From Naegleria gruberi (taxonomy: Eukaryota): DNA of 64,000 bases. Location: the NCBI GenBank assembly GCA_000004985.1, contig GG738845.1; one strand, written 5' to 3'. Shown here piece after piece: positions 10,080 to 20,760 of the stretch. The notes under the pieces are model-generated. The model searched no databases and was not told the origin of the DNA. It worked only from the letters and a program-made list of their open reading frames with translations. Position 1 is the first letter of the stretch. The number at the start of each line of letters is the position of its first letter. Both the position numbers and the translations under genes were made by a program.

Positions 10080-12068
10080 ATGGATCGTACACCCACCATA
10101 GAAGAAACAACCCATAAGGCTCAAATTTCTCTTCTTCCATCATGGCAAATTAATTTACCGTTCAATGTATTCAAGGCTGACCAAACCAAAAAGTTGAATT
10201 TTCCTCCAACCATGTTGAACGTTTTGGTAAAGAAGATAAAATTATTGATGAAAAACAAACCAATCACTGGTGTTGGTTTGATGGTGGTTATGACAATTTA
10301 CGCCATTCTTGTGGCTAGCCTTTTCCCTTCATCTTTAATCAAAGCTCATGGTTCCTTTGTTTTGGGTTTTGGTTCACTTGCACTTGGTGATGATCTTTTT
10401 AGAAGTTTCTACAAACTTTGTGTTGAAGGAGAGAAAATTATGAATAGTGGACAAATTTCTTCAAATTCAGTCTCATTGACAAATTGGTGGAATGGTTTTC
10501 AACAACTTGATGAGGGTCAAGTTTGGGTTTTGTGGTGGAAATGGGGACTATTTCACCGATCCTTTATTTTATTCCTCAATAATCTGAAACACTTAGCTTC
10601 TCCAAGCACAACTAACAGTAGCACTGTTAATAGTATTAACACGAAGAAAAGAAGAGTATTCCTGTTAGAGGGTTTTAACGCAATACTCCTTTCTTCTTTG
10701 TTTACATATACTGCTCTCAAGTATCCAGATAATAGGTTACATACTGTCATTCCAAAACAGTTACAATATTTGGGGTCATCACTTCTTTGCTGTTATGGTA
10801 TTAGTGCCATTAATCATTCATTTAATGATAATAGTAGTTGGGAGCCTCTACCTAAATGGATCGCCCTCTACCTACTAACTATTGGTTCTTACATGGGAAC
10901 ATATTGGAGCTTTGAATGTGTCTACGAATTTATTGATCTATTCCAAAATAAGAATTACTCTTCCTACACTACAACCATGCTATTCATTTGGTATCTTTCA
11001 AAGTTAGCCGTCTCATCTAGTGTTGGTGTTGTTAGTACTTTTGCTCTATTGGATAAGTTAAAGATTTGGAAGACTCTTGGTAATTATTCAGATAAGCTAT
11101 TGATTAATGCTAAAAAATATCAAAAGGAGTTCTCTGCTATTGGGTTGAGCACGGCCAAGGGTTTGGGACTTTATTCATTTGCTGCTGGCTCATATAATTT
11201 TGTTGAATCTATGAAAAAATTCATTCAACACCTTTTAAATGAAGACAATACCACACTCTCTCTTGGAATGCGTGCAAAGGAAATGGGTAAGGATGTGCTC
11301 TTCATTGCTGGAATGTATGCTGGATTTTATATTTTCAATGGAGCTCTCTGTTTTGGCTCTCCTTACACAAAGGTTCCATTTTACTTGGAAAATGAAGCTC
11401 TAAATTTAACAGTGGGTGGTGTTACATTACATAGTGTTGTTGCAGCTCTTTCTAAATTTTCCTATTTTTATAATAAGAAAATTTTGGATGAATCAACAAG
11501 CCTCTCAATTTTAGCAACTTTAGATAATGTTTTATCATATGAAAATATTGCTCTTACATTTGCAACAAGTGGTACATTTATGTATGCCAATGATTTACTT
11601 TTGAATGCATATGATAAGGTCACAAATAGTTCTAATCAAATTCGACCAGTTTTCAATCCAGTTCCTGGTGGCATTAGCTTGAGCACTAGTTTGTCAGCAG
11701 TTGCCCTCAAACATTTCTTATCTGCTGGTAGTTCTGTTTTGGGAGCAATTGGTACTCCAAATCAAAGTATTGTTTCTTCTTTGACAAGTTTGGGATTACT
11801 TTTACCCCTTTCAAAGGATTTAGTAATTGGAACATGTTCTCTTGCTGCAAGTGGGTTTGTTTTAATGAAAACATTCCCTTCTCTTAAACCACTTATTGAG
11901 AAACCTTTGCAATTCTTTGATAAAATTATTGGAAGAAGATCAAGGAAGATTCTGAGTATTTTGGGTTCTCCACAAGCTGCTTTTACACTTTTTGCCACAA
12001 TTGGAAGTTATATCATTTACAAAAAGTATATCTATGACGAAGAATTGTTTGAACAAACAGATAACTAA
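10080..12068 (+). CDS. Hypothetical polytopic membrane protein (662 aa)
   Basis: Long uninterrupted ORF with multiple hydrophobic segments and N-glycosylation sequons; no recognisable family. Confidence 0.45.
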   Translation: MDRTPTIEETTHKAQISLLPSWQINLPFNVFKADQTKKLNFPPTMLNVLVKKIKLLMKNKPITGVGLMVVMTIYAILVASLFPSSLIKAHGSFVLGFGSLALGDDLFRSFYKLCVEGEKIMNSGQISSNSVSLTNWWNGFQQLDEGQVWVLWWKWGLFHRSFILFLNNLKHLASPSTTNSSTVNSINTKKRRVFLLEGFNAILLSSLFTYTALKYPDNRLHTVIPKQLQYLGSSLLCCYGISAINHSFNDNSSWEPLPKWIALYLLTIGSYMGTYWSFECVYEFIDLFQNKNYSSYTTTMLFIWYLSKLAVSSSVGVVSTFALLDKLKIWKTLGNYSDKLLINAKKYQKEFSAIGLSTAKGLGLYSFAAGSYNFVESMKKFIQHLLNEDNTTLSLGMRAKEMGKDVLFIAGMYAGFYIFNGALCFGSPYTKVPFYLENEALNLTVGGVTLHSVVAALSKFSYFYNKKILDESTSLSILATLDNVLSYENIALTFATSGTFMYANDLLLNAYDKVTNSSNQIRPVFNPVPGGISLSTSLSAVALKHFLSAGSSVLGAIGTPNQSIVSSLTSLGLLLPLSKDLVIGTCSLAASGFVLMKTFPSLKPLIEKPLQFFDKIIGRRSRKILSILGSPQAAFTLFATIGSYIIYKKYIYDEELFEQTDN

Positions 12069-12099
12069 ATTAAAGTTTACAATGTGTATTATTAAGTTG

Positions 12100-12486
12100 C
12101 TATTTATCAAAACTATTTAAATCTTCTTGTGAATCAGATGCAGAAGAGTTATCATCAGGGTGGTCATTACTTGTAACGAATTTTGTTGATGCAATATAAC
12201 TCTTTTGTCTTTCTATTATTGTGACAATTGAAAAGACAACAATCATAATTCCAAGTAATGCACAAGTCAAGTTTGAAAATATGGATGAAACGCTCATGTT
12301 GTAATGTTCTCTATGAATAAACTGCCTGTATTTATAATATTCATGGTGCTTTGCCTGTTCCTTACAATGCAATAAGGAATTAATATCATTTCCGTTACAA
12401 TTAAAGGTTTCGGTACAATCAATTAAAGATGTGAACAAAAGGGAGGCAATTAATATTATCAAATATTGAGTCTTGTTGATGTACAT
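12100..12486 (-). CDS. Small type I membrane protein (128 aa), Cys-containing ectodomain, one TM, acidic tail
   Basis: Signal-peptide-like N-terminus (LIILIASLLFTSLIDC) and a TM (LLGIMIVVFSIVTII). Confidence 0.35.
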   Translation of the reverse strand: MYINKTQYLIILIASLLFTSLIDCTETFNCNGNDINSLLHCKEQAKHHEYYKYRQFIHREHYNMSVSSIFSNLTCALLGIMIVVFSIVTIIERQKSYIASTKFVTSNDHPDDNSSASDSQEDLNSFDK

Positions 12487-12701
12487 TATGTTGTTTTTTT
12501 TGAAAGGAAATAAAGAGAAAGAGGAAGCATTATGGATAAATTTGTTTTCAAACCAAATCGAAACTCTGCTTGTTCTTTGTGTTTGATGTTGATTTTAATT
12601 TTGACCGTTGCCAAAAATCAGTCAAAGTCCTTACTCTCGGAATATGAAAAGTGCGTGCACTACTCGGTATTTCGCAGTAAGGACAATTTTGCATGCATTC
12701 T

Positions 12702-14082
12702 TTATTGCTCGTTGTTTGGTGGTAAATTATTTTGAGTAGAAAATAAATTTACAAAACTCTTGTATAATTTTTCATTGTAAGCTTCCAATTGGTTTTCTGT
12801 TTGAGAATTGAGTTTGTGTAGAATTTCATAACATTTAGCAATTGACCTCCTAAAATCAATCATATCTTGTTCATAAAAATCTCCAATTGTTTTGTTATCG
12901 GTTATTTGTGGAGGGTTTGTGGAAATATCCTCTGGTGATGTTTCTGTAGTTGATGGTATGGATTTTTTAGCTAAAAACTCCAATTTCTCATTAATGTTGG
13001 ACAATTCGGACCAACATTCTGAAAGAGATATTTTAAAATTAGGTGTCAAACCTGACCACTCAGGGCATACACTCAATACTACATGAAATTTCACAAATAT
13101 AGTTGGCCCAGCCTTTCCTTCTTGTACCAATAAATCTTTAAGGTAAGCTCCTGAAGACATGAAAGGATAAGCCCCTGTTAATGTATTATTACCATAAGGT
13201 CCATAAACTTTTCCCGTATTTGTCTCGAATTTAATTTGCATTAAAGCCTCTCGTTGATAGCCTGATACTTTTACAATATATTCATTATCTGAAAGAAATA
13301 TTTCAACATTGTCATTTCCACCTGTGGGTGTGCCATATGTTTTTGATGTTTTGTTGCTATATGATATCTTTAAAACGACTGGGTCAACCCAAAAATAATT
13401 GAAGAAAACCTACGCTCAAATAATCAATATAAATTCCCCAACGTAGTACAATTTTTTTGATTTGGGTTGTAGGTATTACCATTCTCTTAAATATATAACT
13501 GTTTCTCGAATAATCTCCATTTTCAAGCTGTTTAACATTTCCATACTTGAACATTATAAATTTGTTAAAATAATTTTGTTTTTGTATATCAGTCAATGGA
13601 AGTAACTCTTTTTTCTGGGATGGAATTGAATTGGTGGTGGATGAAAGAGGCTGATTTTCTTGATAGATTATTGGTATGAGAATGATGTCAATTCTTTACA
13701 AACCTTTAACTTGAGTAAATTTCGAGAGCATTTCCATGAATTGATATTCCGAATAGGATCTCATAGTTTCTGGGTATGTTTCAAATAAATGATCTAAATG
13801 TTGATCAAGAGTTTCTATTGGTATTGCTACAGAAAGTGAATCATTACTACTAGTGCTCATTTGAGAACTACTAGATAGAGATCTTCTAAGTTGTGGTGAG
13901 GATGACTGAATGGAATGTATGTCCTCTCCTTCAAGGAGAGGATTAGTTGCTGAAGTATCATGAACAGAATTTCCCATGAATGATTTTAAAAACGCTCCAA
14001 ACCCTCCTTGAGCATTTGATGGAGAGGAGAAGCTTGTGGAGCTTCGGGTTCTATTGTTGTTGTTATTGTTATTCGTTGACAT
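12702..14082 (-). CDS. Jacalin-like lectin domain protein with an N-terminal poly-Asn/Ser-rich extension; complement(join(12702..13367,13414..13658,13704..14082))
   Basis: Jacalin signature GTPTGGNDNVEIFLSDNEYIVKVSGYQREALMQIKFETNTGKVYGPYG. The 128-aa ORF (MSTNNNNNNNRTRSS...) joins in frame through a 45-nt gtttgt...tcaag intron and a 46-nt gtaggt...ttaaag intron. Confidence 0.55.
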
Positions 14083-14178
14083 TTAAAAAAATTACTAGCA
14101 TCAGGCGACGAAGTATTTTTGTGGGTTGATGATCAAGATATTTTTTTGTTTTTTGTTCCAACAACATTCTATTTTATT

Positions 14179-15207
14179 TTAAACACACGACAATCCAACA
14201 TGAAATGTGTCACCCTCCTTTAACAATTTGTAGTGAATAAGATTTTTGAGAAATGGTTCATCGACTGGACAAAGATGGTTATCAGAAATAAGGAAAATCG
14301 ATTCCACTTCAACTCGCTTGAAAGTGATTGAATAGCAATTCATTGCTTCAAAACAGTTGTTCAAAATTTCTTCCTTGAAGATGGAACAACAACTTCCATT
14401 TTGGCTACAGTATTCTGATGGGAAAATATTATAGTCTAATCTTAACAAAGTAATTATGGGATCAAAGTTGTTTGTTGTGGAGTGAAATTTTAACAGTATG
14501 GAACAAGAACCATCATACGGAACAATTTCAGTGCTTTGCTTAATTTTCTTTCTTTTTAAAGTGCTGTCTGAAAATGTTCTCTTTTGAGAAGGTTTCAAGT
14601 TCTTTATCGTTCTTCCAGAACCGTCTGCAGATGGAATATACTCTCCTCTGGAATACCTCCAAACCTTGTTAAAATCTGTTGAACAAACTGGCCCAAACAT
14701 GATTGAAGTGGATGGAAAGGTTTTTTGGTATAGCTCAGCGTTTTGAGCATGAATAAAATAATTCTTTTTGAAAGACATATTCGCTCTCTTACAAATAACA
14801 CAATATCTGTTAGAAGGATCTGGAAACATGTTTCTCACCTCATGTAAACTCTCTTTAGAGGATTTAATCTTAGAGGGGAAGGTTCTGTTAGTATTATTTT
14901 GATTAACATCTTTGGTTTGGTAATTGCCAATGATAAAACAGTTGTCATTGAAAATATGCTCTGCTACCAAATTGTGATTGGCAGGACTGTTATTGTGTGA
15001 TAAACTATCGGTTGCACATGTGTCTGAAGAAAACTGTGCAAAATTGAAAGGTGCAATAACATTGTCTGACTCAACAAATTCAACAGGAAGGAATGAGTGA
15101 TATGAATCAAAATTGCAACTATTAGATAACATGATAACTTTTTTTAAGGTTGGGATAATCGAATAGACTAATCTTGTGAGTGTTCCATCACGCGAGGTCA
15201 TTGTCAT
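14179..15207 (-). CDS. Hypothetical protein (about 342 aa), Cys-rich C-terminal region
   Basis: Long ORF; the first in-frame ATG (MTMTSRDG) is at 15207. No recognisable domain. Confidence 0.4.
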   Translation of the reverse strand: MTMTSRDGTLTRLVYSIIPTLKKVIMLSNSCNFDSYHSFLPVEFVESDNVIAPFNFAQFSSDTCATDSLSHNNSPANHNLVAEHIFNDNCFIIGNYQTKDVNQNNTNRTFPSKIKSSKESLHEVRNMFPDPSNRYCVICKRANMSFKKNYFIHAQNAELYQKTFPSTSIMFGPVCSTDFNKVWRYSRGEYIPSADGSGRTIKNLKPSQKRTFSDSTLKRKKIKQSTEIVPYDGSCSILLKFHSTTNNFDPIITLLRLDYNIFPSEYCSQNGSCCSIFKEEILNNCFEAMNCYSITFKRVEVESIFLISDNHLCPVDEPFLKNLIHYKLLKEGDTFHVGLSCV

Positions 15208-15543
15208 GACTTCCTTATTTGTCTGGCTGCCAAAATTTGAGAAACACCCAAAAACAATAACCAATCATCCTAACATATGTGTGTCCAAAAAGAATAGAAG
15301 CTTACTCTCTGAATGTAATATCTCATACAACGCGGGATAGAAACGTAACTTTCAACAAGGAAAGGGTTGCTTCAATAGCTTATCATGATTTTTATTTTCA
15401 AGAAATTCCAAACTTATGTTAAAATCTTTCATAAAACATGATTAGAATAAGGAAATTGTAGACTCTTTTGACCCAACATATTAAGGTTTTGAGTGCTAAG
15501 AAGTTTAATAAAAGAATCCACCTTCAGAAACAGAATAAAATGA

Positions 15544-16920
15544 TTAGAAATTTATCATTTTAAATTTGAAAACTTTTTCTCCTCGATTTTTTCTCTGGCT
15601 TTCATGTTCTCCATTCGAAAAATCAACAAATTCATTACCCAATAAGTGTAACTGATCTGAATTTTCAGTATTACTTTGCTTTTGACTAAATTTTTCACTA
15701 TCATCAAGAGATAGTTTGTCAAACGGTAGAACCAATGGATTACTATTACTTCTCTTTCTACTTCTGATAGTTATTGAAGAAAGTGGTAATGAGGATTGGT
15801 TGCTGTTCTGAGTTAAATTGGTGCATGTGTTACTTGAACTTGTTGGAGAGAAGGATCTATTTCTACTTGGTGCATGTATTGAGTTTGACATTTTGTTCGA
15901 TTTTTTAATTTTGGGTGAGTTACTTGAAATGATTTTGTTTGCTTGGGTAGCTGCAGCTATCGAATTCCAAACTTCCTTTGCAGATATTCTTCTTGAAAGA
16001 GGATTAAAGGGATTTGGATTATGTAATGATGCTCTTTCTGAATATTGTTTGATGGATTCTTCATTTTCTATTACAAGTACAAAGTCATTCTTTGATTCAT
16101 TGCCAAGTGGTTGACTTGTAGGTGTTGATGGTGTACTTGATTTTTGATGATTTTGAGAATTAATGACTACAGTTTGGAATATACTTGTATTACCGTTGTT
16201 GAATGGTAAAGGTGAACTTTGTTTGATTAATGTATTACAATTGTTGGAATTACCACAAATATTAAAATTATTACATGAGTTATAACCTGCACCACTGTTC
16301 GTGTGAATAGCAGTACTTGAAGACGTTGTGGCAGGGTGTAGGTTATTAGTTGTAAAACTCGTTATGATATCTGTATTGTTTGGTGATAAGATTTGATTAT
16401 TGGTGTTCAAATATGAAGTGTTGCCCATCATTACAGGTGGTACACTTCTAACTCTTGAATGAGGTGCTTTACCTCTTCCATTAGAATGAGGAAATTTGTT
16501 TTGTTGCGTTATGTTTGATTGTTGTGACACTGAATCGATTGTTTGTGAACCATTTGTGGTACCATTTGAAATTGATCTATTCCTAACTATCATACTATTA
16601 TTTGTGAGTTGTGTCTGATGATAATTATTAGTACTATTACAATTACTACTTGCAAATTCTATTGTTTGTTGACTTGTTGTATGAAAATTGTCTTGTTTTG
16701 TAGAGGGTTGCGCAAACCACTCTGATATGGAAGGCAATCTTTCCTGTTGTTGTAGTTGGTTATTATTATTGTTGAAATAATTTACATGAGTCTTTTTGTT
16801 TCGAATAATAATATTATTTGGTTGAGTGGTTGGTTGTTGAAGGGGTTGTGTAGTGTTGTTGATGTTTCCAACAGTATTGTTGGTCATTGAATCGGTCATT
16901 GTATCCAACACATTACCCAA
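15544..16920 (-). CDS. Low-complexity Asn/Gln/Ser/Thr-rich protein (458 aa), prion-like composition
   Basis: MGNVLDTMTDS...NNNNNQLQQQ...; homopolymeric N/Q/T/S tracts with a charged C-terminus. Confidence 0.4.
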   Translation of the reverse strand: MGNVLDTMTDSMTNNTVGNINNTTQPLQQPTTQPNNIIIRNKKTHVNYFNNNNNQLQQQERLPSISEWFAQPSTKQDNFHTTSQQTIEFASSNCNSTNNYHQTQLTNNSMIVRNRSISNGTTNGSQTIDSVSQQSNITQQNKFPHSNGRGKAPHSRVRSVPPVMMGNTSYLNTNNQILSPNNTDIITSFTTNNLHPATTSSSTAIHTNSGAGYNSCNNFNICGNSNNCNTLIKQSSPLPFNNGNTSIFQTVVINSQNHQKSSTPSTPTSQPLGNESKNDFVLVIENEESIKQYSERASLHNPNPFNPLSRRISAKEVWNSIAAATQANKIISSNSPKIKKSNKMSNSIHAPSRNRSFSPTSSSNTCTNLTQNSNQSSLPLSSITIRSRKRSNSNPLVLPFDKLSLDDSEKFSQKQSNTENSDQLHLLGNEFVDFSNGEHESQRKNRGEKVFKFKMINF

Positions 16921-17061
16921 TAAAAAAGAATTGTTTTTTTTTAAATTTAGTGTTATTGGTATTTATTGTATTATGTAATGATTTGTTGTGCCAGAAAGAG
17001 GTAGTGATTAACAAAAGGAGTGACGTTTTCCGAGATTTAGATTGTTTCCATCTTGACTTTT

Positions 17062-18282
17062 ATGTGGAGGACTTTTGAAACTATGAAACGATTTGGCATT
17101 TGTAATTCCAATCAAGCAGAACCATTAAAAAAAATGCACACCCTCATCTTGATAGATTTTCTTCCGGAAAATGAAAAAAAGCAATTTGATCTTAAATATT
17201 CAACATTATTAAAACAACATCAATTCAATAGAAAATTATCCATTCCTTTTTCTGGTAATTTTTTTAACGTAGCAACTCTTGGCTCAGAAGAGTCTGGTGA
17301 AAGTAATAATCATTTTAATTTACCTTTTGATATTATTAAAATTGACTCTTTCATGATGATTACAGATCAAGAAAATCAACGTATTCAAATCTATGAAAGA
17401 AATTTATATTATTTTACAATCAAAATCAAGCACAATTCAAAGTTTAAGTGTAAACCAAAAAGAATAGAGTCATCGGATGATGGTGTTTTTGTTTCGTTTG
17501 ACTTTGATGATAATTCATTATTGATTAAGCTGGACAAAAAGTTACTATTTGAAAAAATACAAAAATCTATTAAGGAAGGTATTAACATTATTAACATCAA
17601 TTTAGATGATACTCTTGATAATTTAATTATTTGGAAATCAGAATATCAATCCAATATTTTAGCATTGAAACCAATTAATTGCCAATTAGAAAAATTTGTA
17701 ATTGTTTCCACTCAAGATAACATGCATCTCATTCAATCAAATGATGGGCAATTTTTAAGAGAGGCATTTAGCGATTCAACAATTTATGATTTAACTTTAT
17801 TTAAGGTTGATGAAAAAATCAATTTATTAGCCTCTGGAAATAATTCTGTTTTTATATTTGATCAGTTATTTGAAGAAGGGTTTGAAATGAACTCTGAACT
17901 GCACTCTATTATTTATCCAAGTTCGTCCTATGGCTCTTCATTAAGTATTATTGTAAATGAGGGTTTGAATGTTAGAAATATTTGTTCTAGAGCTTTTTTA
18001 AAATCAGGCATTGTTCAACCAACAAAGAAAACAACAAAGGAAGTAATTGCACACAAACAAATAATAATAGCTGAATCAGCGAGTAGCAAGATACATATGT
18101 TTGATTTATTCTTAATGAAACAAACAAAGAATAGCTTAGAGACATTCGTATGGGATTACGAACTTGTAAAAACGTTTAGAAAAAAGCCAGTACTGAACTA
18201 CCCTACAAGCCTTTTGATAGATGAATATGGAAATTTATTTGTTGTTGACTCAAAACAACACAGAATTCAAATTTTCAGATAA
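17062..18282 (+). CDS. NHL-repeat-like protein (beta-propeller)
   Basis: Repeated NHL-type signatures: ITDQENQRIQIYE and VVDSKQHRIQIFR. First ATG is at 17062. Confidence 0.45.
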   Translation: MWRTFETMKRFGICNSNQAEPLKKMHTLILIDFLPENEKKQFDLKYSTLLKQHQFNRKLSIPFSGNFFNVATLGSEESGESNNHFNLPFDIIKIDSFMMITDQENQRIQIYERNLYYFTIKIKHNSKFKCKPKRIESSDDGVFVSFDFDDNSLLIKLDKKLLFEKIQKSIKEGINIININLDDTLDNLIIWKSEYQSNILALKPINCQLEKFVIVSTQDNMHLIQSNDGQFLREAFSDSTIYDLTLFKVDEKINLLASGNNSVFIFDQLFEEGFEMNSELHSIIYPSSSYGSSLSIIVNEGLNVRNICSRAFLKSGIVQPTKKTTKEVIAHKQIIIAESASSKIHMFDLFLMKQTKNSLETFVWDYELVKTFRKKPVLNYPTSLLIDEYGNLFVVDSKQHRIQIFR

Positions 18283-18307
18283 TTAATTTCAAATAATTCT
18301 AACTTTA

Positions 18308-18877
18308 CTAGTAAACTCGAGTACCTGGTTTTACACCAAGTGTTTCCTTTGGTGCTAGTGGTGTAATTGTTTCAAAAGAAGAATCAGTGTTTTCCTCTGG
18401 TTTTTCTCTTGTTGCAAACATGATCATCCCATGAGATAGATGGTTAGCCATTGATTTTGGTTGAAGATTTTTCACTACTAAAACTTGTTGTCCAATAAAT
18501 AAATTATTTAATTCCTCAATATTATCTGTTGTGGATATGGAGGGATAATGAAGACGAATACCCGAAAGGATTTGCCTAAGATTTTCTTCTCCTATATCTA
18601 CTTTAAAACAAATTAATTTCTTTGATTTCTTAACAAATTGTGCTTCCATAATTTGTCCAACAACTATCTCAACCTTCATAAAGTCATCTATGGTAATTTC
18701 TGAAGACTTGCATTCATTTTCCGATTCAAGACTTTTTTCGTTAGAATTTTCAACTTGGTGATGAGAATTAAACTGATGAAATCCTCTTTTTGCAATATAA
18801 AAATATTTACTATTCCGACAGAAAGAACAATTAAAAGTTTTCCTTGATGATGGAGAAAATACTCTTCTCAGAAACAT
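18308..18877 (-). CDS. tRNA-binding (Myf/EMAP-II/Trbp111-like) domain protein with N-terminal presequence-like extension
   Basis: VGQIMEAQFVKKSKKLICFKVDIGEENLRQILSGIRLHY resembles the OB-fold tRNA-binding domain. Confidence 0.5.
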   Translation of the reverse strand: MFLRRVFSPSSRKTFNCSFCRNSKYFYIAKRGFHQFNSHHQVENSNEKSLESENECKSSEITIDDFMKVEIVVGQIMEAQFVKKSKKLICFKVDIGEENLRQILSGIRLHYPSISTTDNIEELNNLFIGQQVLVVKNLQPKSMANHLSHGMIMFATREKPEENTDSSFETITPLAPKETLGVKPGTRVY

Positions 18878-18905
18878 TTTTTAAATTTTTTTTTAATATA
18901 AAATT

Positions 18906-19592
18906 TTATAAAATTTCAATTATTTCAGAAACCTCATTAGGATCTAATACTTCAGTCACATCATCATCATCACTTGAAACATCATCTATTTCAACAGGTC
19001 TTAATGGAGTGGAATCAATATAAATTATATTATTTTTTCTGTGGGTAATAGGAGTGGTAAGATTAATGAAAGATTTCTCAGGTGTGTGATGTATTTCACT
19101 TTCGTCTACAAGANNNNNNNNNNNNNNNNNNNNNNNNNNNNNNNNNNNNNNNNNNNNNNNNNNNNNNNNNTCTTCATCACTATTCTCATTTCTATAAAAT
19201 CCATTCACTAGTTCGTTGTAGTCAATTTCAAAATCTTTCTTCTTGACAGTAACTACTTTGAAGGTCTTACTCTCTTTTTTATCAAAAACTTTGAGTGAAG
19301 TGAATCTTGACCTACACACAGGACAAAGATTGGAACGTTCCTTCCACAAACAAATACACTTGTTACAAAATTGGTGTTTACAATGATTTGGTACGGCCTT
19401 TGGATAGGAAACAGTAGATAAACATATTGTACAAACTTGTTCGCTATCATCACTTGAATTTTCAGTGTTGTGAGTTTCGGAAGAGGATGGTTTTTGTTTT
19501 TTTGTTTCCGTATCCAAAGTGTTATCTGACTTTCTTTTCAATGCTATGGTTTTAACAAGTCTTTTCCTTTTAATTGGTGATGGTGAGGTCAT
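18906..19592 (-). CDS. C3HC4 RING-finger protein (contains assembly gap 19114..19170)
   Basis: CTICLSTVSYPKAVPNHCKHQFCNKCICLWKERSNLCPVCRSRF. Acidic, SIM-like C-terminus (DDDDVTEVLDPNEVSEIIEIL). Confidence 0.6.
   Translation of the reverse strand: MTSPSPIKRKRLVKTIALKRKSDNTLDTETKKQKPSSSETHNTENSSDDSEQVCTICLSTVSYPKAVPNHCKHQFCNKCICLWKERSNLCPVCRSRFTSLKVFDKKESKTFKVVTVKKKDFEIDYNELVNGFYRNENSDEXXXXXXXXXXXXXXXXXXXXLVDESEIHHTPEKSFINLTTPITHRKNNIIYIDSTPLRPVEIDDVSSDDDDVTEVLDPNEVSEIIEIL
19114..19170. other. Assembly gap (N-run) inside the RING-finger CDS
   Basis: 57 consecutive n. Confidence 0.95.
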
Positions 19593-19700
19593 TCCTAATT
19601 TTTCCTTCTATTTAATGAACGGATGAGTACGAAGTTTAAATGGTGAATGCAATCATTCGTTTAATACCTAATTTTTTTGCATTTTTAACGGCAAAGAAAG

Positions 19701-19710
19701 TTGGCGCCAA
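19701..19710. promoter_or_regulatory. Palindromic E2F-consensus-like element TTGGCGCCAA (TTTSGCGCSAAA class) upstream of the RING-finger gene
   Basis: aagTTGGCGCCAAAAtt about 110 nt upstream of the ATG at 19592 (minus strand). Confidence 0.4.
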
Positions 19711-19767
19711 AATTAAAAATAGTTTTTACAAAAAGTACCATGTATTTACATTTATTTACAAAGTTTT

Positions 19768-20760
19768 CTAAGGTAAGATCTTCTTGATCATCTCTTTTTG
19801 TTGATTATCTAAAAATCGAGGGAAGACTATGGCTGGTTTAATGATTAGGTCTCCTTTTTGATCTGGATTCTTGGAAAGTGGCATACCTTCTCCAGAAACA
19901 GTTTTAGAATATCCTGGGTTTACAATGTCATTAATAGGTATTCTTAGTGTCCTATCATCTAATGTTTTAACTTCTATTACAGTGCCTGAAAGTGCTTCTT
20001 TCAGGGATACATTAGGAGTGTAAATAAGATTATTTCCTTCCCTTTGAAAAGTATTATGAGGTTGTTCATCAATTTCGAATACTACATCTGCAGCAATAAT
20101 ACCTGGAGCTTGATCTCCCTCGTTTTCAAATCTTATTTTTGTTCCCTTCTTAAATCCTTTTTTGATTGGAAAAGTTAAAATCTTTGATTCTTTTCTTGTT
20201 GTTTGCCCATCTGGGTTTAGAACTTGTTTTGTAATCTTTATCCTCTTTGTTTTTCCTTTGTATAAATCCTCTAGGGAACAAACAACTTTTTGAACAACAT
20301 CTGGAGCCTTTCTTGGTCCTCTTTGTTGAGTACTCTTAAAGAATGATCCTGGTCCAAATCCAAAGGATGAAAATGAGTCATCACCATCATCAAATCCTCC
20401 ACTAAACATTGAATCGAAAGGGCTTCTTGCCCCAAAGAATTGTTTGAAAATATCTTCAGGGTTTGTAGCATGGAAAGTATAGGAACCTCCACCTCCACCA
20501 AATCCGGCACCACTTCCACTTGTTGGAATTCCTCCCTTTAGGCCTTCTTCCCCATATTGATCATAGATTGCTCTCTTATTACTGTCACTTAATATTTCAT
20601 AAGCTTCAGCAATTTCCTTAAATTTTTCTTCGGCCATTTGCTTGTTGTCAGGATTTCTATCGGGATGCCATTTTAATGCAAGTTTACGATAGGCAGATTT
20701 TAATTCCTTCTCATCGGCACTTCTAGAAACCCCAAGTATTGAGTAATAATCTTTTCCCAT
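19768..20760 (-). CDS. DNAJB: DnaJ/Hsp40 subfamily B chaperone
   Basis: J-domain [32 protein letters not shown], then a G/F-rich region and a C-terminal substrate-binding domain. Confidence 0.85.
   Translation of the reverse strand: MGKDYYSILGVSRSADEKELKSAYRKLALKWHPDRNPDNKQMAEEKFKEIAEAYEILSDSNKRAIYDQYGEEGLKGGIPTSGSGAGFGGGGGSYTFHATNPEDIFKQFFGARSPFDSMFSGGFDDGDDSFSSFGFGPGSFFKSTQQRGPRKAPDVVQKVVCSLEDLYKGKTKRIKITKQVLNPDGQTTRKESKILTFPIKKGFKKGTKIRFENEGDQAPGIIAADVVFEIDEQPHNTFQREGNNLIYTPNVSLKEALSGTVIEVKTLDDRTLRIPINDIVNPGYSKTVSGEGMPLSKNPDQKGDLIIKPAIVFPRFLDNQQKEMIKKILP

Noticed and set aside
15345-15365. CGCGGGA-containing sequence (acaacgcgggatagaaac) as a further E2F site
   Set aside because: It lacks the T-run/AA flank of the other instances, and its position relative to a start codon is ambiguous. 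Too weak to call.
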